From an uncultured bacterium (lineage in GTDB: Bacteria > Auribacterota > JAFGBW01), in the NCBI GenBank assembly GCA_964443875.1, contig CAYUET010000002.1, positions 70,082-134,081 of the forward strand: a stretch of 64,000 nt of DNA, read 5' to 3'. The position numbers and the translations under genes are program-made. The notes beneath the pieces were generated by a model, which was not told the origin of the DNA, did not search any database, and saw only the letters and a list, made by a program, of their open reading frames with translations. Shown here in pieces: positions 26,885-36,643 of the stretch (position 1 is the first letter of the stretch; each line of letters begins with the position of its first letter).

Positions 26885-27508
26885 ATGAAAAAAAGAGCTT
26901 TTTCAATAGTGGAGCTGCTTATTTCTCTGACTCTGCTTGCGGTGGTGAGTATAGGTTTTTTTTCTGCCTTCCGGTTTTACCAGGCAAGAGGGCTTGCCTC
27001 CACCCAGAAAGCGATAAATCTTAATGCCATGCGTTCCTCTCTGGATAAGCTCAAACAGGATCTCCTGATTTCCAAAGGGCTTTATAACAATGATTATTCA
27101 AAAGTTCACGCCGTGAATGACCCCTTTAATGTTTATCAGACAAAAGATAATCAGCTGATTGTCAAAATTCCTTCGGTTTATTCTACCAATGAGTTTATTG
27201 ATGTATCTGATCCGGAATATACCGATTATTATTTTTATTACTTATCCGGAGGCGAGCTCATCAGAAAAACATTCAGAAGCACAAAAACGGGTTCATCCCG
27301 GCCAACGGATGATTATATTCTTGCCAAAGGATTGAAATCCATTCGTTTCAGTGACGGATTACATACTTTAGGGACTCTTTCCAGCGAAAAGCTGTTGAGC
27401 ATCCGGCATATTCAGATTGTCATTACCGCAGAGGTGCAGAACACGCTGAACGGGACTCCCCAGACTGAAACATTGACCTTGAATGTTTCCTTTCGTAATT
27501 ATATGTAA
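26885..27508 (+). CDS. Prepilin-type N-terminal domain protein (PilW-like pseudopilin)
   Basis: MKKRAFSIVELLISLTLLAVVSIGFF has Ala rather than Gly at position -1. The ATG at 26885 was chosen over the longer ORF from 26819. Confidence 0.65.
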   Translation: MKKRAFSIVELLISLTLLAVVSIGFFSAFRFYQARGLASTQKAINLNAMRSSLDKLKQDLLISKGLYNNDYSKVHAVNDPFNVYQTKDNQLIVKIPSVYSTNEFIDVSDPEYTDYYFYYLSGGELIRKTFRSTKTGSSRPTDDYILAKGLKSIRFSDGLHTLGTLSSEKLLSIRHIQIVITAEVQNTLNGTPQTETLTLNVSFRNYM

Positions 27509-27684
27509 ATCGCCTTTTCTTTCTTTTTTTCCAGGATAAGTCTGCTTCCTTAACTCTTCGAAAACCTGATTGTTATGAAATGAAAATATTTTGCCTGTTG
27601 CCATTCCCATTGAACAGGGGATGTGGTAGCTTATTCTTTATATGCGGAAATTTATTTATAACGTAAAAACAGGTATCGGAATTC

Positions 27685-30600
27685 ATGGTGTTTTTTAAAA
27701 AACTGACAGTCCTCCTTTTTGCCTTTATTTTTCTTTTTGAGCAGGCTTTTTCAGTTTATGCAACCCCTTGTGTTTCAAATGATTCAGAGATGTCAAAACA
27801 GTGCCTTGCTCCAAATTCAGAGATGGGAGCCATCCATGTTAAGAAACTGTTTCTCAACACCCTGATAGAGGCCTGGCTTTATTATTCCCGGAATAAGGAC
27901 CCTGAAGGGGTAATGGACTGGAAAAAAATTCATTATCACCTTGTGAAAAACGGATTTAATATCAGGGAAATATCCGGAAGCAGTGAAAAGGACAGCTATG
28001 TCACCCTTTATTTTAAAACAATGAAGGGAACCACCCAGGAGGTCTCTTTTCATTTTGACAGAAAAGGAAAAAACCTGATCAAGCCTAAAATAACTTTTCC
28101 TCCGGACAAGGAGACCTATGCTTTTGGTTTCAATGAAGGGATTGAAAGCATGGATACCCGGATTCTTGATTTTCTTGAAACACCTGCTTTTGACGAGGAT
28201 CTCTGGGCTAATCAGCAGGAAAAGAAAAAAGAAACCCTTAGGGAAGTTAATAAAAACAGCACTCCTGAAAGTTCAACGCGCATTGCCGGAGCTGTCCTTG
28301 CCTATGCGGCGACTTTTTCAGCCCTTACTTTGCTTTTTTTATATGCGCCCTTTGGGCTTTATGCCCTGGGATCTGTACTTCTGATTGCTGTGATAACGGG
28401 GCTTATCACCATGGCTGAAACAGCCCTGATCAGCACGACAAGGGATGAAAAAGCGGTGGCGTATCTTCAGAAAGAGGCTAAGAAAGGGAACCGGTCCGCT
28501 AAGAAGGCGCTTGACCTTGTGAATAAAACCCATCAGAAACTTCCTACAATCACCCTGACTAAAAATCTGGTTGGTGTTCCGGGCGGAATCATGATTTCGG
28601 GTATTTCGAATTCTTTTATTTCACGCTATTTTACGGGCGGAATAGCGGCCCAGATTCTTGACAGGATTTTTTCAGTAGTCTTGACACTTGTTTTTACTGA
28701 ACAGATTCCCAAGGATATAGCTTCTGCGGATAAAAAGGTTTATATTGTCATGGCCATGGCCCCTGTTTTTCCTTTTTTTGAAAAGATTTTGTGGCCGGTG
28801 ATAGCCCTTTTGAACAGATTAAATCATTTTTCTCTTCAGTTTGTTTCAGCTCTGTTTTTTCTGGACCGTTCCTCGCAGAAAAAACAAAGGACTTATGCTA
28901 AAAAAATGGGGAGAATTTTTGAAAATGGCTGGCTTGAAGGAACGCTTTCTGACCTGGAATACCATTTTCTTGACGGAGTTCTTGCCCTTGATTCTACAAC
29001 AGTCGGAGAGCTTTTTGCCAAAAGAGACTGGAGCTATACCCTCTTTTCGTTATCCCCGGAGCTAAGTATTTCTAAAGCCGTAGAAAAACTGGATGGAACA
29101 TTTTTTTCCTATATTCCGCTGATTGATAAATATGGTTCCTGTCACCAGGTTGTATCCAGAGAGGATATTCTTCTTCATAATCAAAAGAGGGTGACGCTGC
29201 AGAAAAAACTGGATTTTTTCCGGGATAGGAAAGAAAAATTGATGCATCACCTTGAAGTTCAGGAAGCTTCATTGAAAGAACTCCCGGAGGATGGACAAAT
29301 TCAAAGGCTGGTCTCTATTTATAAAAAACATATTCAGATTGCAGAAAAGAACTCCATGGAACTTGGATATCAGATTTCATCCCTGGAGTATAAAAATCTC
29401 CTGACTCTGGATCCTCTTCCTCATGTGATGATCAGTAAAGATCAGCCGGCGGGTGATGTGCTGAAATTTTTTCTTTCCGAATATCCACCGAAAATGGCGC
29501 TTATGGTGGATGCCCGTAAAAGGCCTGTTGGGGTGGTGACCCTGGAAGATATCATGGAATTTCTTTTTCAGCAGGAGATTTTTGATGAGACGGACATTGC
29601 CAAGAATTCTGGAAGCAGGGAAAGCCTCTCCCGGAAACCCATGCAGCTTATTTCGAATCCTGTAATTCAGAAAAACAGACGTCTGGCGGCAAGACTTCTT
29701 GAATTTAAAAAAACAAAGCCGGAAACTTCTGCATTGGATCATCGCTATGAAATTTCCCATCTGAAAAAGGAACTTGAATTTCTTTCTTCTGTTCAGATTG
29801 GTTTCCTTTTTGACCTTTTATGGGCAGATGCGTTTGGCAACCGTAAAATACAGCCTTTTATCTATTCCTGCAATATGGAGGGTTATCATGTCCTTGCCGG
29901 ATGGTTTCAGCAAAAAAAAGAGTATGAAGATCTTTTCATTCTGCTGAGAAAGGCATTTAAAGAAATCAAGCGTATGAATTCAGGGGTTCCCGCCGCACAT
30001 AATTTTCATCAGATTTACAATGACTTCTACAAATTGATCCGCTATGCCCAGATTGGAAATCCCCAGAAGGATCCCCGGATTGATTTTCTCCTTAAGGAAC
30101 CAGTGCTTCAGAAAACGGCCGCTTTTTTAATGAACAGGAATGAAGATTATTTGAAAGATAATCTGATCCGTCTGAAAGAAATGTCCCAGATTGCCGAATC
30201 CACTCAAAGTTACCATCCCCGGAGTTTTTTTAGAAAAATACAGCCTTTCCTCACCTCCGGAATGATTGCTTTTCTGATCGGGGGAGTTGTGGCTTTGGGA
30301 TTCCTGATCAGTTCACAGATGGGCGGTTTTGTTCTTGTGACCCTGACGCTTACGTTTTTATCCGGATTGATCTCTGCAATGGAAGCGGCGGTCTTTTCCG
30401 TCAACAGGGAATCAGTTGAAAACTTGAGTTATTCAGGGGATCCTCTGGCTTTCCTTCTCAAGGATATCCTTGAAAACCGGCAGAAATATATTCCGACCAC
30501 TGTATTTTTTGATACTCTGATTAAAATTCCCGGAGGGATCCTTTTGAAATCCGCATCCCTTCCCATACTCGGGGAGCTGGGAAGCTGGTTTTTTTCCACC

Positions 30601-31494
30601 CTGTGGTTTACTGTTTTCGTCAAAGTCATTCCGAAATTTTTAGGTGTAAGTTTTTCTCTTTCCGTTTCAAAAGTAGCGGCTCCTATTCTTAAATTTTTAA
30701 GAGCAGTTTTCTACCCTGTTATTTTTTTAATGCAGAAACTTACTTTGTTTTTTAAATTGTATCTCAAGGCGCTTACCTTTGGGAAAATTGATTTTATTGC
30801 CCCTGCCCATCAGAAGGAGAGCGTTGAGATTTATAACCAGCAAAGGCAGCAGATCAACCGCGTTTTTGAGTCGGAAAAACAGGAGGCTCTTGCCAGCGAA
30901 CCTGACTCACCTGTTTATAAAGAAAAGAAGACTACGCTGGGTCTTCTTGAAAAGGGTCTTGCCTTTTTCGGTGAGGTTCCGGGAGTTGTTACTGTTGCAG
31001 ACCTATTGAACATCAAAGCTCAGCAGAAATCCCTTCCGAAAATTTTTGATCTGCCTTTTGATATTACGATCGAAAAGGCCAACTCTGCTATTCAGAATTG
31101 TCCTTTTTCCAGAATTCTTCTCTATGACCGTGTTATCAACGGTAAAATGAATTACATCGGATGTGTATTCAAGGAAGATATCCTTCAGGCCTATACGGAA
31201 AAGAACAGAAGGGGAGCTCCCCTTTCGAGTCTTTTATATACCCTGGTTCCTAAAATTTCTCTTTCCTCCCCGGCAAAGGATTTGCTGAAAAAGTTTCTGG
31301 CTGTGGGAACAGCCCATCTTTCCATTGTGGAGGATGGGGAGGGAAATCCTGTTGCCGTTCTTTCTCTGGAGGATGTTATGAAATATATGCTGACCCCGAA
31401 AAATGCGGAAACACGGGTAAGAGAAAATGTACCAATCCCCGCTGAAATTTCAGAAATGATTTCCCCTTATCACCCGGAAAAACACGCGGCTTAA
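27685..31494 (+). CDS. Large membrane protein with a tandem duplication of the DUF21 (CNNM/CorC-type) transmembrane domain plus CBS domains
   Basis: 1,269 aa. It has a signal peptide, a roughly 200-aa soluble N-domain, a first DUF21 (ITGLITMAETALISTTRDE...TEQIPKDIA) with a CBS pair (VGVVTLEDIMEFLFQQEIFDE), a second DUF21 (LISAMEAAVFSVNRESVENL...VKVIPKFLG) and a terminal CBS (VAVLSLEDVMKYML). Confidence 0.7.
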   Translation: MVFFKKLTVLLFAFIFLFEQAFSVYATPCVSNDSEMSKQCLAPNSEMGAIHVKKLFLNTLIEAWLYYSRNKDPEGVMDWKKIHYHLVKNGFNIREISGSSEKDSYVTLYFKTMKGTTQEVSFHFDRKGKNLIKPKITFPPDKETYAFGFNEGIESMDTRILDFLETPAFDEDLWANQQEKKKETLREVNKNSTPESSTRIAGAVLAYAATFSALTLLFLYAPFGLYALGSVLLIAVITGLITMAETALISTTRDEKAVAYLQKEAKKGNRSAKKALDLVNKTHQKLPTITLTKNLVGVPGGIMISGISNSFISRYFTGGIAAQILDRIFSVVLTLVFTEQIPKDIASADKKVYIVMAMAPVFPFFEKILWPVIALLNRLNHFSLQFVSALFFLDRSSQKKQRTYAKKMGRIFENGWLEGTLSDLEYHFLDGVLALDSTTVGELFAKRDWSYTLFSLSPELSISKAVEKLDGTFFSYIPLIDKYGSCHQVVSREDILLHNQKRVTLQKKLDFFRDRKEKLMHHLEVQEASLKELPEDGQIQRLVSIYKKHIQIAEKNSMELGYQISSLEYKNLLTLDPLPHVMISKDQPAGDVLKFFLSEYPPKMALMVDARKRPVGVVTLEDIMEFLFQQEIFDETDIAKNSGSRESLSRKPMQLISNPVIQKNRRLAARLLEFKKTKPETSALDHRYEISHLKKELEFLSSVQIGFLFDLLWADAFGNRKIQPFIYSCNMEGYHVLAGWFQQKKEYEDLFILLRKAFKEIKRMNSGVPAAHNFHQIYNDFYKLIRYAQIGNPQKDPRIDFLLKEPVLQKTAAFLMNRNEDYLKDNLIRLKEMSQIAESTQSYHPRSFFRKIQPFLTSGMIAFLIGGVVALGFLISSQMGGFVLVTLTLTFLSGLISAMEAAVFSVNRESVENLSYSGDPLAFLLKDILENRQKYIPTTVFFDTLIKIPGGILLKSASLPILGELGSWFFSTLWFTVFVKVIPKFLGVSFSLSVSKVAAPILKFLRAVFYPVIFLMQKLTLFFKLYLKALTFGKIDFIAPAHQKESVEIYNQQRQQINRVFESEKQEALASEPDSPVYKEKKTTLGLLEKGLAFFGEVPGVVTVADLLNIKAQQKSLPKIFDLPFDITIEKANSAIQNCPFSRILLYDRVINGKMNYIGCVFKEDILQAYTEKNRRGAPLSSLLYTLVPKISLSSPAKDLLKKFLAVGTAHLSIVEDGEGNPVAVLSLEDVMKYMLTPKNAETRVRENVPIPAEISEMISPYHPEKHAA

Positions 31495-31638
31495 AAGATA
31501 GCCCGAATTTTGAACCAAGTAACAAAGAATCTTTTTCTTTAAACCTCTCTCGAAGTATTTCTTTATTCTTTCCGTGTATTTGTTAAAATGATTACTTTTA
31601 TTAAATAATCGTTTCGTCATAATCCGGAGGATTTAAAA

Positions 31639-32655
31639 ATGAAGGTTTTTAAGTGCATTTTCTTTTTATTGCTTTGTTCTCTAATTTTGCCTTCAGCCCT
31701 TTTTGCTTCAGTAATTAAATTTGCCTCTCTGGCCCCTGAGGGGAGCACCTGGGTCAAGGTGCTTACTCAATGGAATCAGGAACTTACGGAAAAAAGCAAG
31801 GGAGCACTTAAGTTTCGTGTGTATTCCGGAGGGGTGGCCGGGGACGAAAAGGATGTGATCCGGAAAATCAGGCTGGGACAGCTCCATGCCGGAGGCTTTA
31901 CCGGAGTAGGTCTTGGTGAAATTGCGCCTGAGGTACGCATTCTGGATGCTCCCTTTCTATTCAGAAATACCGAAGAAGTTGATTATATTCTGGGTGCCTT
32001 TGAAAAAGAATTCTTCAAAGCCTTCAGACAGAAAGGCTATGTGCTTTTAGGCTGGGCGGAAGTGGGGTTTGTTTATTTTTTTACCGCAGAGAAAGCCTCT
32101 GATTTTGAGAATCTAAAAGGGATGAAGATGTGGGCCTGGGAAGGAGATCCCATTGCAGAAGCCCTTTTTAAAAGCTTGAATATAAGTCCGGTTCCCCTTT
32201 CTATTGCCGATGTTACAACCTCCCTTCAGACCGGACTCATCAACGGGGTATATTCCTCTCCCATGGGGGCCCTGGCTCTTCAGTGGACAAACCGTACAAA
32301 ATACATGCTGAACCTCAAATTGTGCAATGCTTCAGGGGCTGTCCTGGTTTCTGCCAGGCTTTTTGATTCCTTGCCCGGCGATCAAAAAGATCTTCTTCTG
32401 GACACGGGGAAGAAACATTTAAGGCATCTCACAGAACTTTCGCGTGCTGAAAATATTTCGGCAATTGATTTTTTGAAGCAGAATCATGTTGAAGTTACGG
32501 AGTCCCTGATTCCCGAGGGATCGGAAACGATAGAGAAGACCGGAACCAGGGCAAGGGAAATGCTGATTGGAAAGCTGTATGACAAAAAATTTCTGGAAAA
32601 GGTTGAAACCTCCCTTGCGGAATATCGTGCCGCACATCCATTAAAAGCGGATTAG
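31639..32655 (+). CDS. dctP: TRAP transporter substrate-binding protein (DctP family)
   Basis: 338 aa with a signal peptide and DctP-family motifs. It is the first gene of a three-gene operon. Confidence 0.85.
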   Translation: MKVFKCIFFLLLCSLILPSALFASVIKFASLAPEGSTWVKVLTQWNQELTEKSKGALKFRVYSGGVAGDEKDVIRKIRLGQLHAGGFTGVGLGEIAPEVRILDAPFLFRNTEEVDYILGAFEKEFFKAFRQKGYVLLGWAEVGFVYFFTAEKASDFENLKGMKMWAWEGDPIAEALFKSLNISPVPLSIADVTTSLQTGLINGVYSSPMGALALQWTNRTKYMLNLKLCNASGAVLVSARLFDSLPGDQKDLLLDTGKKHLRHLTELSRAENISAIDFLKQNHVEVTESLIPEGSETIEKTGTRAREMLIGKLYDKKFLEKVETSLAEYRAAHPLKAD

Positions 32656-32659
32656 ACTG

Positions 32660-33172
32660 ATGCCCTGGATTCAGAAAATTGAAGCTTTTCTTTTAAAAGT
32701 TGAACAGTTTTTTCTGGTTCTGCTTTTAACTCTCATGATATTTTTTGCCTTTACCCAGGTTATTTTGCGGCAGTTTTTTTCAACAGGGATTCTCTGGGCT
32801 GATTTGTTTGTAAGACATCTTGTGCTCTGGACAGGATTTTTTGGCGCGGCATGCGCCACAGTGAGGAAAAGACATTTTATTATCGATCTCTTAAATAAAA
32901 ATCTTTCCCCGGGTTTTAGGGAATTTGCGGATTTTTTGACGGATATCTTTGAGATCCTTGTCCTGGCCTTGCTTTTAAAGGGCGCCTTTGTTTTTTTTAT
33001 GGATGATTATCAATACGGATCAGAGCTTTTTTCCTTTTATTCTTTGCACGTTAAATCCTGGAGCATGACTCTGATTTTTCCGGCAGGTTTTATTCTGCTT
33101 CTGACTCATTCCCTGCTTTCCTTCATCAAAAATGCCTGTCTTCTGTTCAGAGGAAAAGGGGGGCGAAAATGA
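32660..33172 (+). CDS. dctQ: TRAP transporter small permease (DctQ family)
   Basis: 170 aa with 4 TM helices. It is positioned between dctP and dctM. Confidence 0.8.
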   Translation: MPWIQKIEAFLLKVEQFFLVLLLTLMIFFAFTQVILRQFFSTGILWADLFVRHLVLWTGFFGAACATVRKRHFIIDLLNKNLSPGFREFADFLTDIFEILVLALLLKGAFVFFMDDYQYGSELFSFYSLHVKSWSMTLIFPAGFILLLTHSLLSFIKNACLLFRGKGGRK

Positions 33173-34428
33173 TACTCCTCCTTCTTTCTGTCCTCCTGAT
33201 CCTGACCTTTTTGGGTGCTCCGATTTTTTTGATTCTCGGCGCTCTGGCCCTCGTGGCCTTTCACTCCGCAGGAATTGATTCTTCAGCCATTTTTGCGGAA
33301 ATGTACCGCCTTGCTTCTCTCCCTGCCCTGGTGGCGATACCACTTTTTACCTTTGCCGGATATGTTCTCGCGGAAAGCAGGGCTCCAAAACGTTTTTTAG
33401 GGATTGCGGAGTCTCTTTTCGGCTGGATTCCCGGAGGGCTTTCCGTGGTCAGTCTTTTTACCTGTGCCTTTTTTACGGCTTTTACCGGTGCTTCCGGAGT
33501 CACAATCATTGCCTTGGGAGGCTTGCTTTATCCTATGCTTACCAATAAAGGCTATTCGGAAAAATATACCTTGGGCCTTCTAACCACAACAGGAAGCCTG
33601 GGGCTTCTTTTCCCTCCCAGTCTTCCCATAATTCTTTACGGTCTCATTGCCAAAATCAGCATTGATCAGCTTTTTCTTGCAGGGCTCATTCCCGGATTAC
33701 TTCTGATCCTTGTTCTTATGGTTTACGGGTTTGTCTGTGAAAAGCATCCTCCCCTGGTTTCTTTTTCATGGATAAATGTCCGGACCTCAATTCGGGAGGC
33801 GATGTTTGAGATTCCTCTTCCCTTTATCATTCTCGGGGGAATCTACGGGGGGATTTTTACAGCCACGGAGGCCTCCGCCATCATGGCTTTTTATGTGTTT
33901 GTTGTTGAGTTTTTCATCTATCGTGATCTTGCCTTAAAAAAAGATCTGGTGAAAGTGATTGAACAGAGCATGATGCTGGTAGGCGCTATTCTCATCATGA
34001 TGGGAATGGCCATGGGGCTTACCAATTATCTGATTGATGCTCAGGTTCCCATGCATATGTTTGAATGGATTCATATGTATATTTCAAATAAATATTTTTT
34101 TCTTATTCTTCTGAATGTTTTTCTTCTGGTCATGAATATGATTCAGATGTTTTCCGCCATCATCATTGTCGTCCCTCTCATTTTGCCGGTTGCTTTGCAG
34201 TATGGCGTGGATCCCCTTCATCTGGGGATTATTTTTCTTCTGAATCTGGAAATCGGATACATGACGGCCCCCGTGGGCATGAATCTGTTTCTGTCGGCGC
34301 TCCGTTTTGAAAAACCGATTACTCAGGTTTACAGGGCGTCTTTACCCTTCTGGTTCATTATGATGGCTGTTCTTGTTCTGGTGACTTATGTTCCGGAGCT
34401 TAGTCTGGCATTAATTTTCAGGAATTGA
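33169..34428 (+). CDS. dctM: TRAP transporter large permease (DctM family)
   Basis: 419 aa and polytopic. It overlaps dctQ by 4 nt. Confidence 0.85.
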   Translation: MILLLLSVLLILTFLGAPIFLILGALALVAFHSAGIDSSAIFAEMYRLASLPALVAIPLFTFAGYVLAESRAPKRFLGIAESLFGWIPGGLSVVSLFTCAFFTAFTGASGVTIIALGGLLYPMLTNKGYSEKYTLGLLTTTGSLGLLFPPSLPIILYGLIAKISIDQLFLAGLIPGLLLILVLMVYGFVCEKHPPLVSFSWINVRTSIREAMFEIPLPFIILGGIYGGIFTATEASAIMAFYVFVVEFFIYRDLALKKDLVKVIEQSMMLVGAILIMMGMAMGLTNYLIDAQVPMHMFEWIHMYISNKYFFLILLNVFLLVMNMIQMFSAIIIVVPLILPVALQYGVDPLHLGIIFLLNLEIGYMTAPVGMNLFLSALRFEKPITQVYRASLPFWFIMMAVLVLVTYVPELSLALIFRN

Positions 34429-34517
34429 TTCCTTTCGAGTTTTGTACGCGCGATAAATATTCAGATTATTCCTGTTTGTATTAATTCATTAACGGGAGTT
34501 ATGTCAAAAGGTCAACA

Positions 34518-36581
34518 TCACTGGAAATTGGGGGAAGTTTTTAAACCAGGGGTGCCGAAATGAAGGAGTTTATGTGCAGCCTGTATTTGTTCAGCAGTGC
34601 CCAGCATGAATACCCTGTCCCCGGTTAAAAAGGTATGATCAGGATTGGGATTGGTCATGTGCTGCCCTTTCCGTTCAATGGCAATCAGCGTTGCACCCGT
34701 CTTCCTTCGTAAGTCGACTTCCCGAAGGGTGCGCCCCTCAAAAGCAGCCGTATACTGGGATTCAAGTTCAAAGGAGTCAACGTAAATGCCGGGGGATAAT
34801 TCCGTGTGTAATAAGGAAGTGTCAATGGAGGTTTTTTCCCTTTTAGGGGAGGGCTCCTTGACGGAGATCATGGATTCCAAAGCTGTCTGCGCGCGGCTGT
34901 ATACAAGCGACATGCGTTTGCGTGCCCACAGGGTGATAAACAAGGCCACTGCAGTCAACAATAAAAACACCGTCCGGGAAGGAAGAAGGGTTGAACTCAA
35001 GATGGAGGTTAAAAGAAACAGCAGAAAAATCGACGCCAATACGAGAGCGTTGGTAATGAATAAGCGGGTTGGACGCACCCATACGCCCTTCAGGGAGAGG
35101 GGCAGAGCTGTCTCCGCAAGCATCATGGCCAGGGCTTCAGTTTTTCTTATAATCGCGAGATAAAGCGGCAAACTGAAAATCACACAAGCAAGACATACAA
35201 AGGCTGCCAGCTGCCCCGACAGTGAAATCCCGTATCTTGCCAATGCCCCGTATCCGAAAGTCCCAAGTGCAAAAATAGCTGAAATTAAAACCAGATTCAT
35301 GACAATGGTGATAATGGAACGTTTGACAACAAGGCGTATAGCGCTGTTTGATTTTCCCCTGCTTAATTGTTCAATCCACTGCGCGTAGAAAGCAAACCTT
35401 GCGGCCCAGCGGCGTCCGGATTCATACTGAGGGAGCAATTTTGAGCCCCTTTCCCCGGCTCTGATCATATAGGGGCTGAGAATGGTAGTTAAGACAGCTA
35501 CTCCTACTCCTATCTGGTAAACAGACTCGCCCCCGATTCCCTGGGAGAAAGCCAGTGCGGAAATAATGAAGGCAAACTCCCCTACCTGTGCCATTCCTGC
35601 TCCAATCCGGATGGCGGAATCCAGAGAATGGCCTGTAAACAATGTGCCAAAAAAATTCATTGTAAATTTACCGGCGATCACAACAAAGGTGATCAGAAGG
35701 AGAAAAGGGAGATAATTCCAAAGAGCCGCCGGATTCAACTGAAGCCCGATGGTCACAAAAAATACAGCGCTGAAGATATGCCTTAAAGGATCTATAAGGG
35801 CCACGATTTGTTTTTTTGCATTGGATTCCGAGGCGATTGCTCCGATCAGAACAGCTCCAAGGGCAAGGCTCAGTTCGAGTTTTACGGCCAAAAAGGCCAC
35901 ACCAAAACACAGGCCGACAAGCATCACGATAAGCAACTCATCATTTTTAAAACGGCCAATGTAATTGAGCAGACGCGGGATGGTCAATAAACCGGCGACA
36001 ATAACCATCGCCAGAAAAAGAGTCAAATGCCAAAGCCGTTCAACAACCATCGCTGTCTGAAAAGTCCCGGTATAGGCTATGCCTGTGAGTATGGCAATCA
36101 TGATAACCGCCAGCATATCCTCCACCAGGGTAATCCCGATCATTGCCCCGGCGTATTTTTCCCTGGTAAGTCCCATTTCATTCAGAATTTTCGCGAGGAT
36201 TGTACTGGAGGAATCACAGATAATGGCCCCTAAAAAAAGGCTCTCCACAGGTGCCCAGCCCATGAACCGTCCAAGAATGAATCCTATCCATAACATAATG
36301 GCGACATCCAGCAAGGCCACGATAAAAGCAGTGCCCCCCACTGTTCTCAGTCTGCGAAGGTTGAAATCAACTCCCAGTGAAAACATCAGAAACACCAAAC
36401 CGATATCTCCAAGCGTCCTTATGATCTGTTCATCATGAATAAAATTGAAAGGAGGGGTATTAGGGCCGATGATTAACCCTGCCAGGACATATCCGATAAC
36501 TTTCGGCTGATCCAGTTTGTGAAAGATAAAGGCGGTAAAACCCGCTATTGTTAATATGAGAGCCAAATCTTGCAGGAGCAT
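34518..36581 (-). CDS. Monovalent cation:proton antiporter (CPA2/Kef-type) with a C-terminal RCK_C (TrkA-C) domain
   Basis: 687 aa. The Na_H exchanger core shows GYVLAGLIIGPNTPPF. The C-terminus GRTLREVDLRRKTGATLIAIERKG...GDRVFMLG is a TrkA-C domain. The RBS is AGAGGAAG. Confidence 0.8.
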   Translation of the reverse strand: MLLQDLALILTIAGFTAFIFHKLDQPKVIGYVLAGLIIGPNTPPFNFIHDEQIIRTLGDIGLVFLMFSLGVDFNLRRLRTVGGTAFIVALLDVAIMLWIGFILGRFMGWAPVESLFLGAIICDSSSTILAKILNEMGLTREKYAGAMIGITLVEDMLAVIMIAILTGIAYTGTFQTAMVVERLWHLTLFLAMVIVAGLLTIPRLLNYIGRFKNDELLIVMLVGLCFGVAFLAVKLELSLALGAVLIGAIASESNAKKQIVALIDPLRHIFSAVFFVTIGLQLNPAALWNYLPFLLLITFVVIAGKFTMNFFGTLFTGHSLDSAIRIGAGMAQVGEFAFIISALAFSQGIGGESVYQIGVGVAVLTTILSPYMIRAGERGSKLLPQYESGRRWAARFAFYAQWIEQLSRGKSNSAIRLVVKRSIITIVMNLVLISAIFALGTFGYGALARYGISLSGQLAAFVCLACVIFSLPLYLAIIRKTEALAMMLAETALPLSLKGVWVRPTRLFITNALVLASIFLLFLLTSILSSTLLPSRTVFLLLTAVALFITLWARKRMSLVYSRAQTALESMISVKEPSPKREKTSIDTSLLHTELSPGIYVDSFELESQYTAAFEGRTLREVDLRRKTGATLIAIERKGQHMTNPNPDHTFLTGDRVFMLGTAEQIQAAHKLLHFGTPGLKTSPNFQ

Positions 36582-36643
36582 ATTTTCTTCCTCTTTATTC
36601 CATAGTTGTTATAACTATCTGAAATTAATCAAGATCTCCTTAC

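Noticed and set aside
34786-35163. 125-aa + strand ORF and others inside 34518..36581
   Set aside because: They are antisense to the Kef-type antiporter gene, whose TM and RCK_C motifs are clear.
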